The notes under the pieces were generated by a model. It worked only from the letters and a program-made list of their open reading frames with translations, had not been told where the DNA came from and ran no database searches. A stretch of 64,000 nt of DNA. It comes from Octopus sinensis (taxonomy: Eukaryota). Positions 36,271-49,194 of the stretch are shown piece after piece; within the stretch, counting starts at the first letter, position 1, and each line of letters begins with the position of its first letter. Location of the stretch: assembly GCF_006345805.1 (NCBI RefSeq), contig NC_043002.1, positions 90,086,001 through 90,150,000 on the forward strand. The letters run 5' to 3'. A program made the translations under genes and the position numbers.

Positions 36271-38644
36271 TGTTGTTAATACACTCTCAGAACAAACCAC
36301 CATTTGTTGATGATGATTGTCCCCATTAAACCACACTTAACTACTTTGCTAATCCAATTTTTGGAAGTTTTACTTGTCAGGGAAATCACATTCAGCTTCC
36401 AGTAATTGAATCCCAGCCGATGAAACTTATCAAGTTAACTGTTCAGATTAGAAATTTGTGGCCTGTAGAGCTGATTAACTTTAAATTGTGGACAACCTAT
36501 GCTGACCTTATTTACTAGCCTTTAAAATATTGTACCTAAATATGATCTGGAAGACTGGATGTAGTTGGTCTATGTCCAAACTGGCATAGGTTGGGAAATC
36601 CAGTTGTTACCTGTTTGACAGTTGAAAATGTCTGAGCAGGTATGTGTGTCATTTGATCTCCTCTTCAGTCAGTTGGTTAGCCCCATACAGCCCTATCATG
36701 CATCAAAGGTACCTTTCCAATCCCCTACTATCACCAAAGAGCAGGTGTTCCCAAGAAAGACTCTAGATTCTTAAAGAAATCTGGCTATACTGCTCCTGTC
36801 AACCACTAGTTTGAAGGTATGGAATTCACTGGTTGCATCCAGTACCACCAACTTACCCTCTGGAGATGCATACAGCTCACAGCTCATAGCTGTTGGAGAT
36901 GAGTGTGAGGGCATGTGCCTCAGAAAATATGGTCTTGTTGATGGCCACTGTATCTATGTCAAGTGACCTGAGCTTGTTGAGCTGGTGGCCTTGCTTTCTC
37001 TCTCTCTATATATATAATATGGATTGCTTTTAGTTTCTTTCTGTGAGATTCTATCAACCTCCCCACAACTATAATCACTTCTCTATATGTTCAGCAAGTA
37101 ATCTCTAAATTTACAGGTCTGCCTTACCCGTGCTTTTATTGAAAAGAAAAACACGGAGTGAAGCACAAAAGTAGTATAAAATAAATGTACATCTTGTGCC
37201 TCCTTTTCGTTAGTTCAGTTCCTAGTCTGCTTCATCTCTCCAGGTTGTACAAAAATACCAGTAAGATACCCCTACAAAATAGTCCATATATCAGATGAAG
37301 TCATTAATGTAAATATAAGCATATCTATTTTCTCTGAGAATATTTCTGACCATAAATGTCTACTTGTGTAGAATTTCACCTTTGGTCATTTCAATTTCCT
37401 TATTTCTGTCTTTTTACTTTCTCTATTTTATTAATCTCTATTGTAATCACTGGAATGGAGAAACTAATGATGGTTGTCCATCATACCTTGTGTTGGACAT
37501 TTCTACATTATCTAATGCTAAAGCATGTTTGAAAACTGCAATATTCCCCACTTCTTGGCAAAACCTATAGCCATAGAGGAAAGCAAATACATCTACTCTT
37601 AAGTATACACACACTCAGACACTCATATGTACACATTAACACACACATACACATGCACACACATACACCTTCATGTGCACATGCACACACACACACATGC
37701 ACACAAATGATTCTAATTAGAATATCTTTTGGATCAGTGGAAAATGATATATTCCTTTGGTCAATTTTGGAATTTCTAACTTATTCAAGACAACTACATG
37801 AATAATGCATCATCAATGTGTACGCTATAAATAAAAGGCATTTACTATACTTACTGGGAGAGCTGTAGCTATTTTAGCCAACCACAGGCTAGTATTTATT
37901 GTAATGGCATTGACTTATCTCTGGACAGTCACTAAATAATGATTTATAAAGACTTTGTACAAAGGTTAAACAGATAGTCTTTTTGATCTGGGATCATAGC
38001 ATAGGCAAGGTGGAAATTATCTCTTAATTTTTCTTTGTTGAAATATTCACTAAAATTTTGGTTGTTTTTCTTCTATCATTTCTAGATTCTGCATAGTTTA
38101 ATATTTATTGTTGACAGTGATAGATGAGATAACAATAATCTTGTGTGTGTATGTGTGAGTGATAAACGTAGTGTGATGTATTGTACTCACATTAAATGGG
38201 ATATCATGAACCTGGTAAATTATTATTGTTACTATTGTTACTATTTTTCTCAACAATTTTTCATTTTATTTTATTTCACTTCAAAGATGTTACTTTTGTA
38301 TTCTCATTAACATTGTTTGTTAATGCACTGTTTCTAACGATAATGAAAGAATTAATGTTTTTTTTCTATTTTTTGTTTTTGTGACACATAATTGTTGTGA
38401 AAATTAATAAAACCATTAACATATCAATAAAATTACAAGGTCAAGTCGATCAAAGTTACCCGTCTACCTATAAAATTTGGCCTTTAATATTGTCAGAAAT
38501 TTTTTTTTGCATGTTTGCGATGGTGACAGTGGTGGTGCTGGTGTTATATGTCACCTTTATAAACAAATATTTGACTAGAACAGAATATTTTGGTAAGCAG
38601 TTACTCAAATTTCAAATTATTCTACTCTGCCTTTATGTCCTTCA

Positions 38645-39373
38645 TCTTTTTACTTTCTACTTGTTTCAGTTATTGAACTGTGGCCATACTGGGGCACCAT
38701 CTTGGAGGGTACAGTTGAACAAAGTGACCCTAGTACAATTTTTAAAGTCTGGTATTTATTCTGTTGGTCTCTTTTGCCAAACTTCTAAGTTATGGGGATG
38801 TAAATAAACCTACATTGACTATTAAGTGGTGTAGGAGGTGGGGCAAACACAATGACATGCACACACACACACACACACACATACAGACACATTTACATAC
38901 ATACACATATACATACATACACACGCATACATGCACACACATACATATATGCATACATACACACATACAAACATCCATGCACACACACACACACACAAAA
39001 ACATACAAACATAGATACATACAAACATACATACATACATAATACATACGTACATAATACATACATACATAATACATACATACATAATACATACACACAT
39101 ACATACATACATGCATGCATGCATACATACATACATACGTACATACACACAAACATACATAATACATACATACATACATACATAATACATACACACATAC
39201 ATGCATACATAAACACATACAGGCATACATAATACATACATGCATAATACATACATACATAATACATACATACATACATACATAATACATACATACATAA
39301 TACATACATACATACATACATACATACATAATACATACATACATAATACATAAACACATACATACATACATAC

Positions 39374-39404
<31 letters not shown>

Positions 39405-39552
39405 CAGTATCTGTCTACCAAATTCACTCACAAGGTATTGGTTTGCTGGGGTCTACAGCAGAAGACACTTGTCCAAAGTGTCACATTGTGGGTCTGTAAC
39501 TGAAACCACGTTTGCAAAACAAGCTGCTTAACCACACAGCTATGCCTGTGCC
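38645..39552 (-). mobile_element. SINE family A with ~550-bp central (TACA)n expansion
   Basis: Tail at 38645-38850, head at 39410-39552. Confidence 0.85.
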
Positions 39553-40151
39553 TACATATCAGATTAAATCTATAGTCATAACAGCAAACTGTTTGACATG
39601 TTGCTGTATCAAGATTTCAGCATCTTTGAACAGTTTGTTCACATTAACCAACTGTCTGTTTTCATTTAGTTATGACTAATTGTTGACTCTATTATGCATA
39701 TGGAATTATCTGTCTCAAGTTACGCCATATGTCTAAGCGGAATAATATCGATTCCAGTAATATTAGACCTACTTTGATACTCTGTCATTTTGCAATCCCA
39801 TTTTTTTTTTTTTTTCTGTTTTCCTTTTATTCTACTCTAGTGAATTGTTTCTTACAAATCTTACTTTATGTTATAGTTGACACATCAGAAATTCTAGTGA
39901 AGGCTCTACCTTTACATTAACTCTATTTTCATGTTCACAGAAGATGTGAGTTCAAGTCCTGTGGGTAGCCTTTGACTTTTATTATTCAAAAATGGAAAAC
40001 AAGACAAGTAACATAAAAAACGACCCTTCATCAGTTGTTGGCTGTCCTACTACTCCTTATGTTGAGGTTTTTGATAAACAAAATATTTATTTTTTCACAA
40101 ACAAAGGAAAATGTTGTTGCTACGAACAACAAAACATAAACAGAGTTTATA

Positions 40152-40550
40152 AGCGCAGGAGTGGCTGTGTGGTAAGTAGCTTGCTAACCAACCACATGGT
40201 TCTGAGTTCAGTCCCACTGCGTGGTATCTTGGGCAAGTGTCTTCTGCTATAGCCCCGGGCCGACCAATGCCTTGTGAGTGGATTTGGTAGACGGAAACTG
40301 AAAGAAGCCTGTCGTATATATGTATATATATATGTGTGTATGCATGTGTGTTTGTCCCCCTAGTATTGCTTGACAACCGATGCTGGTGTGTTTACGTCCC
40401 CGTCACTTAGCGGTTCGGCAAAAGAGACCGATAGAATAAGTACTGGGCTTACAAAGAATAAGTCCCAGGGTCGATTTGCTCGACTAAAGGCGGTGCTCCA
40501 GCATGGCTGCAGTCAAATGACTGAAACAAGTAAAAGAGTAAAAGAAAAAA
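40152..40550 (+). mobile_element. SINE family A, young
   Basis: Full length. Confidence 0.93.
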
Positions 40551-40571
40551 AGAGAGAGTTTGGAGATAATC

Positions 40572-40885
40572 TGTACCAGTGCCACATATAAAACATCTGT
40601 GTTGGTGCCATGTACAAAGCACCAATGCCAGTTCCACATATAAAGCCTCTGTGCTGGTGTCGTGTATAGAGCACTCAAGCCAGTCCCTTGTATAGAGCAT
40701 GAGTTGATGCCTTGTAAACAGTATCCAACACACTGTAAAGTGGTTGGCATTAGGAAGAGTATCCAGCCAAGGAAACCTTGCCAAAACTGAAAATTTGGAG
40801 CCTAGCCAGCTCCAGTGAAATAATCCAACCCATGCCTGCATGGGAATTGGACATTAAATGTTGATGATAATGATGATGATGATGA
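40572..40885 (+). mobile_element. family D element with degenerate internal ~26-bp repeats
   Basis: Repeats of the type GTGCCAC.T.TAAAAGCA at 40575-40720, then GGCATTAGGAAG...GGACATTAAATG(ATG)n. Confidence 0.75.
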
Positions 40886-41189
40886 AAGCATATATTATTT
40901 TAAAATGTATCTGAAAATTGCCATACATCAATGTAACCATATTACAAATGAGAAACTGAGTGTTGTAGATTAGTGAGCTGAATAAGCATGAATTCACTAG
41001 GCACAATAATTGGTATTGATGATAAACTATAGAAAACAAGCCAAAATACCACAGACTGTTTGCACAATTTATGCAAAATTGTTTACAGTGCATCAGTAAA
41101 CAGTGGAAAGGTCACATTACCTCATTGTACTTTTTTCCCTTGTATACCAATGCCTGATGTGTGTCTTACATTATTATTTAATGACTCCT

Positions 41190-42080
41190 TAAGGTGACAA
41201 GCTGGCAGAATCATTAGCATGCTGGGCAAAATGCTTAGCGGTATTTCATCTGCCGTTACCTTCTGAGTTCAAATTCCACCAAGGTCGACTTTGCTTTTCA
41301 TCCTTTCGGGGTCGATAAATTAAGTACCAGTTATGCCCTGGGGGTCGATGTAATTGACTTAATACCTATGACTGTCCTTGTTTGTCCCCTCTATGTTTAG
41401 CCCCTTGTGGTTAATAAAGAAATAGGTATTTCATCTGCCGTTACCTTCTGAGTTCAAATTCCACCAAGGTCAACTTTGCTTTTCATCCTTTCGGGGTTGA
41501 TAAATTAAGTACCAGTTATGCACTGAGGTCGATGTAATCGACTTAATCCCTTTGTTTGTCCTTGTTTGTCCCTTTTATGTTTCACCCCTTGTGGGCAATA
41601 AAGAAATAAGAATCATTAGCACTTCAGGCAAACTGTTTTGTGGCATTTCATGTATCTTAATGTTCTGAGTTCAAATTCCACTGTAGTCAACTTTGTCTTT
41701 CATCCTTTTAGGATTGATAAATTAAGTACCAGTCAAGTATGAATGGTAAAGGCAAAGTTACCTTCTTGAGTCATACTGGCTCATAAGGGCCAGTTTCCTG
41801 GTTTTGTGGCAAATAAATTCCATCTTAGATGGGACACCAGTCCGTCGCAGGATTACTCATTTTCACCAGCTGAGTGGACTGGAGCAATGCGGAAAGAAGT
41901 CTTTTGCACAAGAACGCAGCACATTGACCTGTGCAGGAACTGAAACCACAATCTTTCAATCATGAATCCAACACACTAACCACTATGCCACATGCCTGCA
42001 CTAGTCAAGTACTGGGGTTGATGTTATTGACTACCCTCCTCACTACCAATTCCTAGCCTTGTGCCTATAGTAGAAAGGAT
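41190..42080 (+). mobile_element. SINE B dimer continuing into an alternative-tail B copy
   Basis: 185-bp unit repeated with junction at 41419-41432; older copy from ~41609, split by another SINE. Confidence 0.85.
41740..42002 (-). mobile_element. SINE with E-type head and F-type tail, 9-bp TSD
   Basis: TSD AGTCAAGTA at 41731 and 42003. Confidence 0.75.
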
Positions 42081-42186
42081 TATTTGATGACTCTGTTACA
42101 TTTAAGAAACATTTTTTAAAATTATCTAAATGAAAATTCTCCCAGAAAAACAAAAGGAACATTAAACTTTCATCTATCTGTTAGCA

Positions 42187-42302
42187 AAGGCGATGAGCTG
42201 GCAGAAACGTTAGCATGCCTGGCAAAAGGCTTAGCGTATTTTGTCTGTCTTTACATTCTGAGTTCAAATTCCACCGAGGTTGACTTTGCCTTTCATCCTT
42301 TC
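42187..42302 (+). mobile_element. SINE family B, 5' part
   Basis: Head through GCCTTTCATCCTT, then cut off by a family A copy. Confidence 0.85.
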
Positions 42303-42304
42303 TA

Positions 42305-42482
42305 GGCACAGGAGTGGCTGTGTGGTAAGTAGCTTGCTTACCAACCACATGGTTCTGGGTTCATTCCCACTGTGTGGCACCTTGGGCAAGTCTCTTCTAC
42401 TATAGCCTGAGGCTGACCAAAGCCTTGTGAGTGGATTTGGTAGACAGAAACTGAAAGAAACCCACTGTATATATGTGTATAC

Positions 42483-42553
<71 letters not shown>

Positions 42554-42775
42554 GTATATGTGTATACGTCTGTGTGTATGTGTTTGCCCCCCCCCCCAAC
42601 ATCGCTTGACAACCGTTGGTGGTGTGTTTACATCCATGTAACTTTGCAGTTTGGCAAAAGAGACCGATAGAATAAGTACTGGGCTTCCAAATAATAAGTC
42701 CTGGGGTCGATTTGCTCGACTAATGGCAGTACTCCAGTATGGCCGCAGTCAAGTGACTGAAACAAGTAAAAGAGT
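42305..42775 (+). mobile_element. SINE family A
   Basis: Full length. Confidence 0.92.
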
Positions 42776-42900
42776 ATATGCAATGAGTGGATGACAACAA
42801 CATCCATAGCAGTGATGTGCTAGCCTGGTGGTTGATTGCAGTAACGCAAAACATTATTGCTACAAATGCAAGTTTTACATCCTCTATGACAATTCTCTTG

Positions 42901-43161
42901 TTGTTTGTTTGTTCCTTCTCGAGCCATACCTGGCTCATAAGGGCCGGTTTCCCAGTTTCTTGGCATATAGGTTCTCCACCTGGACGGGATGCCGGTCCAT
43001 CGCAGATGTGCTGCAAGATGCAGGAGGAAAGACTTCTGCCAGAGTCGCGTGGAGCTTAGGTGTTTCGCTCATAAACACACACATCGTCTAGTCTGAGATT
43101 TGAACCCATGGTCCCTCGACCGTGAGTCTGCTGCTCTAACCACTAGGCCATGTGCCTCCAC
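42901..43161 (-). mobile_element. SINE family F with 13-bp TSD
   Basis: TSD GACAATTCTCTTG at 42888 and 43162; homologous to 53289-53583. Confidence 0.88.
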
Positions 43162-43284
43162 GACAATTCTCTTGACCAAAATATACACAACTATACAGAT
43201 GATCTGAAAGAAGAATCAGTTGAAACATGGTCCTTGTATAATGTAGTTTAAGTATGATAAATTTATAGTTTCATACTTTATTCT

Positions 43285-43870
43285 TATTTCTTTATTGCCC
43301 ACAAGGGGCTAAACATAGAGGAGACAAACTAGGACAGACAAAAGGATTAAGTCGATTACATCGACCCCATTGCATAACTGGTACTTAATTTATCGACCCC
43401 GAAAGGATGAAAGGCAAAATCAACCTCGGCGGATTTGAACTCAGAACATAAGGGCAGACGAAATACCTTTTTCTTTACTACCCACAAGAGACTAAACATA
43501 GAGGGGACAAACAAGGACAGAGAAGAGGATTAAGTCGATTACATCGACCCCAGTGCATAACTGGTACTTAATTTATCGACCCCGAAAGGATGAAAGGCAA
43601 AATCGACCTCAGCGGAATTTGAACTCAGAACGTAATGGCAGACGAAATACCTATTTCTTTACCACCCACAAGGGACTAAACATAGAGGGGACAAACAAGG
43701 ACAGAGAAGAGGATTAAGTCGATTACATCGACCCCAGTGCATAACTGGTACTTAATTTATCGACCCCGAAAGGATGAAAGGCAAAATCGACCTCAGCGGA
43801 ATTTGAACTCAGAACGTATACCACTAAGCATTTCGCCCGGCATGCTAACGTTTCTGCCAGCTCACTGCCT
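43285..43870 (-). mobile_element. SINE B trimer
   Basis: One head plus three ~184-bp body/tail units. Confidence 0.92.
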
Positions 43871-44001
43871 GTATTCTAGTATAATGTACACAGCATTGCA
43901 TTTACATACATAGAATCATACATTTTCCTTTACAAAGCTTCTTTAAAATATCCTTCAGTATGTGTATGATGGAACATACTAAATTTGTTTTTTCCACAAA
44001 A

Positions 44002-44210
44002 TCATCATCATCATCATCAACATTTCATGTCCGTTTTCCATGCTGGCATAGGTTGGACTGAAGCTGGTAAGAGCAGGGGTCACAGCGAGCTTTTTTTTTT
44101 GTCAGTTTTGGCATGCTTTCTATGGCTGGATGCCTTTCCTGATGCTAACTACTCCACAAAGTGTACATTGGGTGCTTGTAGCATGATGCCAGCACGGTGT
44201 GGCACCAGCA
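44002..44210 (-). mobile_element. family D 3' fragment
   Basis: (CAT)n, GTCCGTTTTCCATGCTGGCAT, GGCTGGATGCCTTTCC. Confidence 0.8.
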
Positions 44211-44579
44211 TACAGATATACTTGTAAAACGGAAGTGCATCATATGCAAAATGCATCTTATATGCTGGCAAATATGTTAATCTTCAACTATCAATCTGCT
44301 TGTTGGCAAGCATGGAAATAAAAATAAAAATAAATATTTAGATATAAGGTAAGAAATTAGACTTTAAGGGACTGGTTTTAATAAAATGCCACAAACATTC
44401 TGAGGTTTTGTCTCTTCAAATCTGGATTTGTGTTGGAATGTCATAATGTCAGATGCTGCGATGGATTAGACTTGAATCGTAGTTTATAATGGGAAAATAT
44501 GTTGGATTTTTCTTCTAAATAATTCCGTAGAGATTTCTCTGTGGACAATTCAATTTTTCTATTGTATTGCTGTAATGCA

Positions 44580-44928
44580 CGTGAGTGTGTGTGTGCATGT
44601 GTGTGAGAGTATGTGTATGTAATATGAGTGTGTATATGTGTATGTGTGTGTGTATATGTATGTATGCATGTATGTATGTATGTATGTATGTATGTATGTA
44701 TGTATGTATGTATGTATGTATGTATGTATGCATGTATGTATGCATGCATGTATGCATGTATGTATGTATGTATGTATGTATGTATGTATGTATGTATATG
44801 TATGTATGTATGTATGTATGTATGCATGTATGTATGCATGTATGTATGCATGTATGTATGTATGTATGTATGTATGCATGTATGTATGTATGTATGTATG
44901 TATGTATGTATGTATGTGTATGTGTGTG

Positions 44929-44960
<32 letters not shown>

Positions 44961-44990
44961 TGTATGTGTGTGTGCGTGTGTGTGTGTATT
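44580..44990. repeat. (TATG)n microsatellite
   Basis: Direct repeat run. Confidence 0.95.
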
Positions 44991-45169
44991 ATTGTGTCTG
45001 GGGAGAGTCTGTTTTAATGCCTTATTAATTAACACACTCACTGGTTCGATTTCCACTCATTTGCTCAATTATTTTTTCTAAACTTTTCGTTATTTCTTGC
45101 AACCTCTTCAATAGTTGTTGACTCCATCCATTATCAGAGCTACGTTCTTTTTGTTTGTTTATTTGTACG

Positions 45170-45327
45170 CATGTGTATGCGGCAGTGCATGTGTACACAC
45201 ATATGTATGTATGTATGTATGTATGTGTGTATGTGTGTATGTATGTATGTATGTATGTATGTATGTATGTATGTATGTGTGTATGTGTATGTATGTATGT
45301 ATGTATGTATGTATGTATGTATGTATG

Positions 45328-45361
<34 letters not shown>

Positions 45362-46308
45362 TGTGTATGTATGTATGTATATGTATGTATGTATGTGTGT
45401 ATGTGTGTATGTATGCATGTTTGTGTATGCACATATATATATGTATGCATGTGTGTATGTTTGTATGTATTATGTATGTATGTATGTATGTATGTATGTA
45501 TGTGTGTATGTATGTGTGTGTATGTATGTATGTATGTATGTATGTATGTGTGTGTATGTGTGTATGTATGCATGTTTGTGTATGCACATATATATATGTA
45601 TGCATGTGTGTATGTTTGTATGTATTATGTATGTATGTATGTATGTATGTATGTATGTATGTATGTGTATGTATGTATGTATATGTATGTATGTATGTGT
45701 GTATGTGTGTATGTATGCATGTTTGTGTATGCACATATATATATGTATGCATGTGTGTATGTTTGTATGTATGTATGTATGTGTGTATGTATGTGTGTGT
45801 ATGTATGTATGTATGTATGCATGTATGTATGTATGTATGTATGTATGTATGTATGTATGTGTGTATGTATGCATGTTTGTGTATGCACATATATATATGT
45901 ATGCATGTGTGTATGTTTGTATGTATGTATGTATGTATGTGTATGTATGTGTGTGTATGTATGTATGTATGTATGTATGTATGTATGTATGCATGTATGT
46001 ATGCATGTATGTATGTATGTATGTATGTATGTGTGTATGTATGTGTGTGTATGTATGTATGTATGTATGTGTGTATCTATGCATGTTTGTGTATGCACAT
46101 ATATATGTATGTATGTTTGTATGTATGTATTCTGCATGTTTGTGTTTTCCATGTGTGTGTGTATGTGTGTGTGTGTGTACCTTTGTCTCCTTGTGTATGT
46201 GCATATTTGAGTCTGTCTATGTGTATGGATTTGTGTGATTATGCACATTCATCTGTTATGTTTGGATGTGTGTGTGTATTTGTGTGTGTGTGCATGCATG
46301 TGTGTGTG

Positions 46309-46346
<38 letters not shown>

Positions 46347-46440
46347 TGTGTGTGTATATATATAGTTGTATATATATATATATATATATGTATGTCTGTG
46401 GTGTGTGTATATATATTTATCTATACATGTGTATATGCAA
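45170..46440. repeat. compound (TATG)n microsatellite with ~150-bp higher-order blocks
   Basis: Marker GCATGTTTGTGTATGCACATATATAT recurs at 45415, 45570, 45717, 45871 and 46081. Confidence 0.93.
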
Positions 46441-46844
46441 ATCATTTGCTTTTTTTGTAGCTGTTATATTTTCATTTGGAATTAGTTTAAAATCCAGTTT
46501 GGGAATTATTCAATATCTCTTGTGTATTAAAGATATTTTATGTATTTTAAAAAATCAATATGTTTACTGATGTTGTCTGTTTTAAATGTTGGAACGTTTG
46601 AGGTGAACGACAAGTGCAAATGGATTATTTTGCTTGATTAATCTCTCCATTCTTTTTCTGACCTTACCAACCTAACATTACTACAAAAATGATCCAGTTA
46701 GTGGTGGTTGCAGGTCAAAAAGGTTACAGATTTATAATTTTTCAATTTGGTTGCTAGTTCATAGAATTTGAAAAAAAAAAAACAAAAAAAAAACGTATTT
46801 AATCTTTAAGATTTGTTGTTTCTCAGTTGCATAGGTTTGAAATA

Positions 46845-47272
46845 AGGCAGCGAGCTGGTAGAGTCGTTAGTGCACAGGACAAAATACTTTACAGCATTTT
46901 GTCTCTCCTTACGTTCTAAGTTCAAACTCCGCCGAGGTCGACTTGCCTTTCTTTTAAAACAGCGTTGTGAGTGTTTATTGAGCGAAAACACCTAAAAGCT
47001 CCACGAGGCTCCGGCAGGGGATGGTGGTGATCCCTGCTGTACTCTTTCACCACAACTTTCTCTCACTCTTACTTTCTGTTTCTGTTGTACCTGTATTTCA
47101 AGGGGCCGGCCTTGTCACTCTCTGTGTCACGCTGAATATCCCCGAGAACTACATTAAGGGTGCACGTGTCTGTGGAGTGCTCAGCCACTTACACGTTAAT
47201 TTCACGAGCAGGCTCTTCCGTTGATTCGGATCAACCAGAACCCTCATCGTCGTAACGACGGAGTGCTTCCAT
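46845..47272 (+). mobile_element. SINE B head joined to headless SINE C
   Basis: B sequence 46845-46950, C sequence 46960-47272. Confidence 0.8.
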
Positions 47273-47529
47273 CAGGTTTGAAATGTTTCCTGTTCCAATG
47301 TTTCCATTGATTTCACCATTTTGTACCATTCAGAGTGTGCTTTTTCATGGTTCTGTAAAAATCTTAAGTTTAGCTTCATGTATTCTTTGGTGTTCTCTTA
47401 TTTGTTTCTGTCTTTGGACCGTGGCCATGCTGGTGCACCACCTTGAATGTTTTGTACCTTTTATCATCTTGTTGTGCACCTGAGCGTTGTGGTGCACCTG
47501 AGCACTGTATAAAATAATTTCATTATTAT

Positions 47530-48200
47530 TATCTTTTCCTTGTTTCAGTCATGGAAGTGCGGCTATGCTGGGGTACTACTTTGAGGGGTTTAGTTGAACA
47601 AACCAATCCCATAATTCGTTATTTTTTAAGTCAGTCTCTTTTGCCACAATCACTATGTTACGGGGATGTAAATAAACCAACGTCAGATGTCAAACAGTAG
47701 AATGGGTACAGACACACACACACACATCGATATAAACAGCTAGGCACAATGTGATACCATAAAGGAAAACTTCAATCATCACTAAGTGTGACTAAGGGTG
47801 CTGACGCACCTACATTGCTAGAAATAAGAGTTAAAATGCTCTTAATGCTGTAGGAAGAGTGCAGAGACACACATGCAGACAGGGAGGCAACCACCCCATG
47901 CCAATTCGAAGATCCTCAGACTAGACATCTGGTTTTATCTGTTCTGTAGACATTGTCAGTGAGGACTGCTCAAATGGTACATGTTTAACAAATTATACCT
48001 ATCATATGCATGTACACACACACACACATGTGCATACACAATGGGCTTCCTCACCATTTCCATTTATCAAATTCACTCGTAAGGCATTGATTGGCCCAGG
48101 GCTATGACAGAAAACACCCAACGTGCTGCATGGTGGGACTGAACCTGAAACCATGTGGTTGCAAAGCAAACTTCTTAACCACACAGCCATACCTGTACCT
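47530..48200 (-). mobile_element. old SINE family A split by an unrelated insert
   Basis: Tail at 47530-47730, head at 48005-48200. Confidence 0.65.
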
Positions 48201-48589
48201 ATAGTTTAAACCAAACATATCAATCCTCAGTACTTAGATAATTATTTCATTAATCTCTGTTGAATGGATAAGTCTTCCTTAGCAAAAAGAAATGTTACTA
48301 GTACAGAATTAATGCACAAAATGTTTTTTGTTTGATGCACTGGTGTAAGTATACTGTTCTTCAAGTGATCACAACCAAGATGTACTCCAGCATGGTATAC
48401 CAAAAATCACTATCTTCTATTAGCTTTGGTATGTCCTCAGTTTCTCATTGTGTGTCACTGCCAATTATTATAAAAAGTGTATATTATATACACTTTTTAT
48501 ATATGAGGATATGTAGTCTATTGACTTTTATATAGCATGCTAGCCATGGTATGAAATTTTTCTAAATTTTCTACCCTTTTAATTTTCAC

Positions 48590-48638
<49 letters not shown>

Positions 48639-48709
48639 TATTTGTAAGTTAACCAGGCTAGCATTGGTTTCATGTTAAGAGATATCTCTCTTAACAATTA
48701 TCCAGATTG

Positions 48710-48893
48710 TTACATGTTGGTTTGCTTACATGCCTGTAACTTAGTGGTTCACCAAAAGAGAATGATAGAATAAGTGCCAGACATAAAAAAGGAAAAAAAA
48801 AAATATTAGAGGGTATTTATTGAACTAAAGCCTTTGAGGCAGTGCTCCAGTATGGCTGCAGTCCAATGTTTAAAACAAGTAAAATATAAAAGA
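48710..48893 (+). mobile_element. SINE family A, 3' fragment
   Basis: GTAACTTAG...GATAGAATAAG...AAACAAGTAAAA. Confidence 0.75.
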
Positions 48894-49194
48894 GAAATCA
48901 GTTATCTCCTGTCACCACCCCACCCCCACCCAAGCCTGCAGGCGCTATAAAAAATAAGTGTAAAACAGTAAAATAACAAAAATGTTGTTAGCAGATTCAA
49001 ATTTTCTAGCATTGATCTTCAGAATTACAGTGATTTGGTAATTTATCCAAAATTCTATCAAAAGGGTTTTGGGTAAATTGTTGGAATCATTAGTCTGTCA
49101 GACAGAACACTTTGTGGGAGTTAGTCATGATGTTCTGAGTTTATTTATACCAAAATCAACTTAGCTTTTAATCCTTCCAGAGTAGAAAGAATAA

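Larger units (their letters stand above)
33560..37000 (-). pseudogene. decayed L1/Tx1-clade LINE ORF2
   Basis: Minus-strand motifs in the expected order: YWKLN (~36390), PGxxGLSY...MPDLF (~35400), NFKILANMLVK (~35190), KAFDR (~35000), decayed SAYADD-like SA*VDVTIIV (~34800); interrupted by a SINE and a Helitron; ends approximate. Confidence 0.72.

Noticed and set aside
40020-40046. Further hammerhead cores (CTGATGA on the minus strand here and on the plus strand near 60193)
   Set aside because: No properly placed GAAA or supporting stems
38764-46570. Long MYVC/HTYI ORFs
   Set aside because: Translations of (TATG)n/(CATA)n microsatellites
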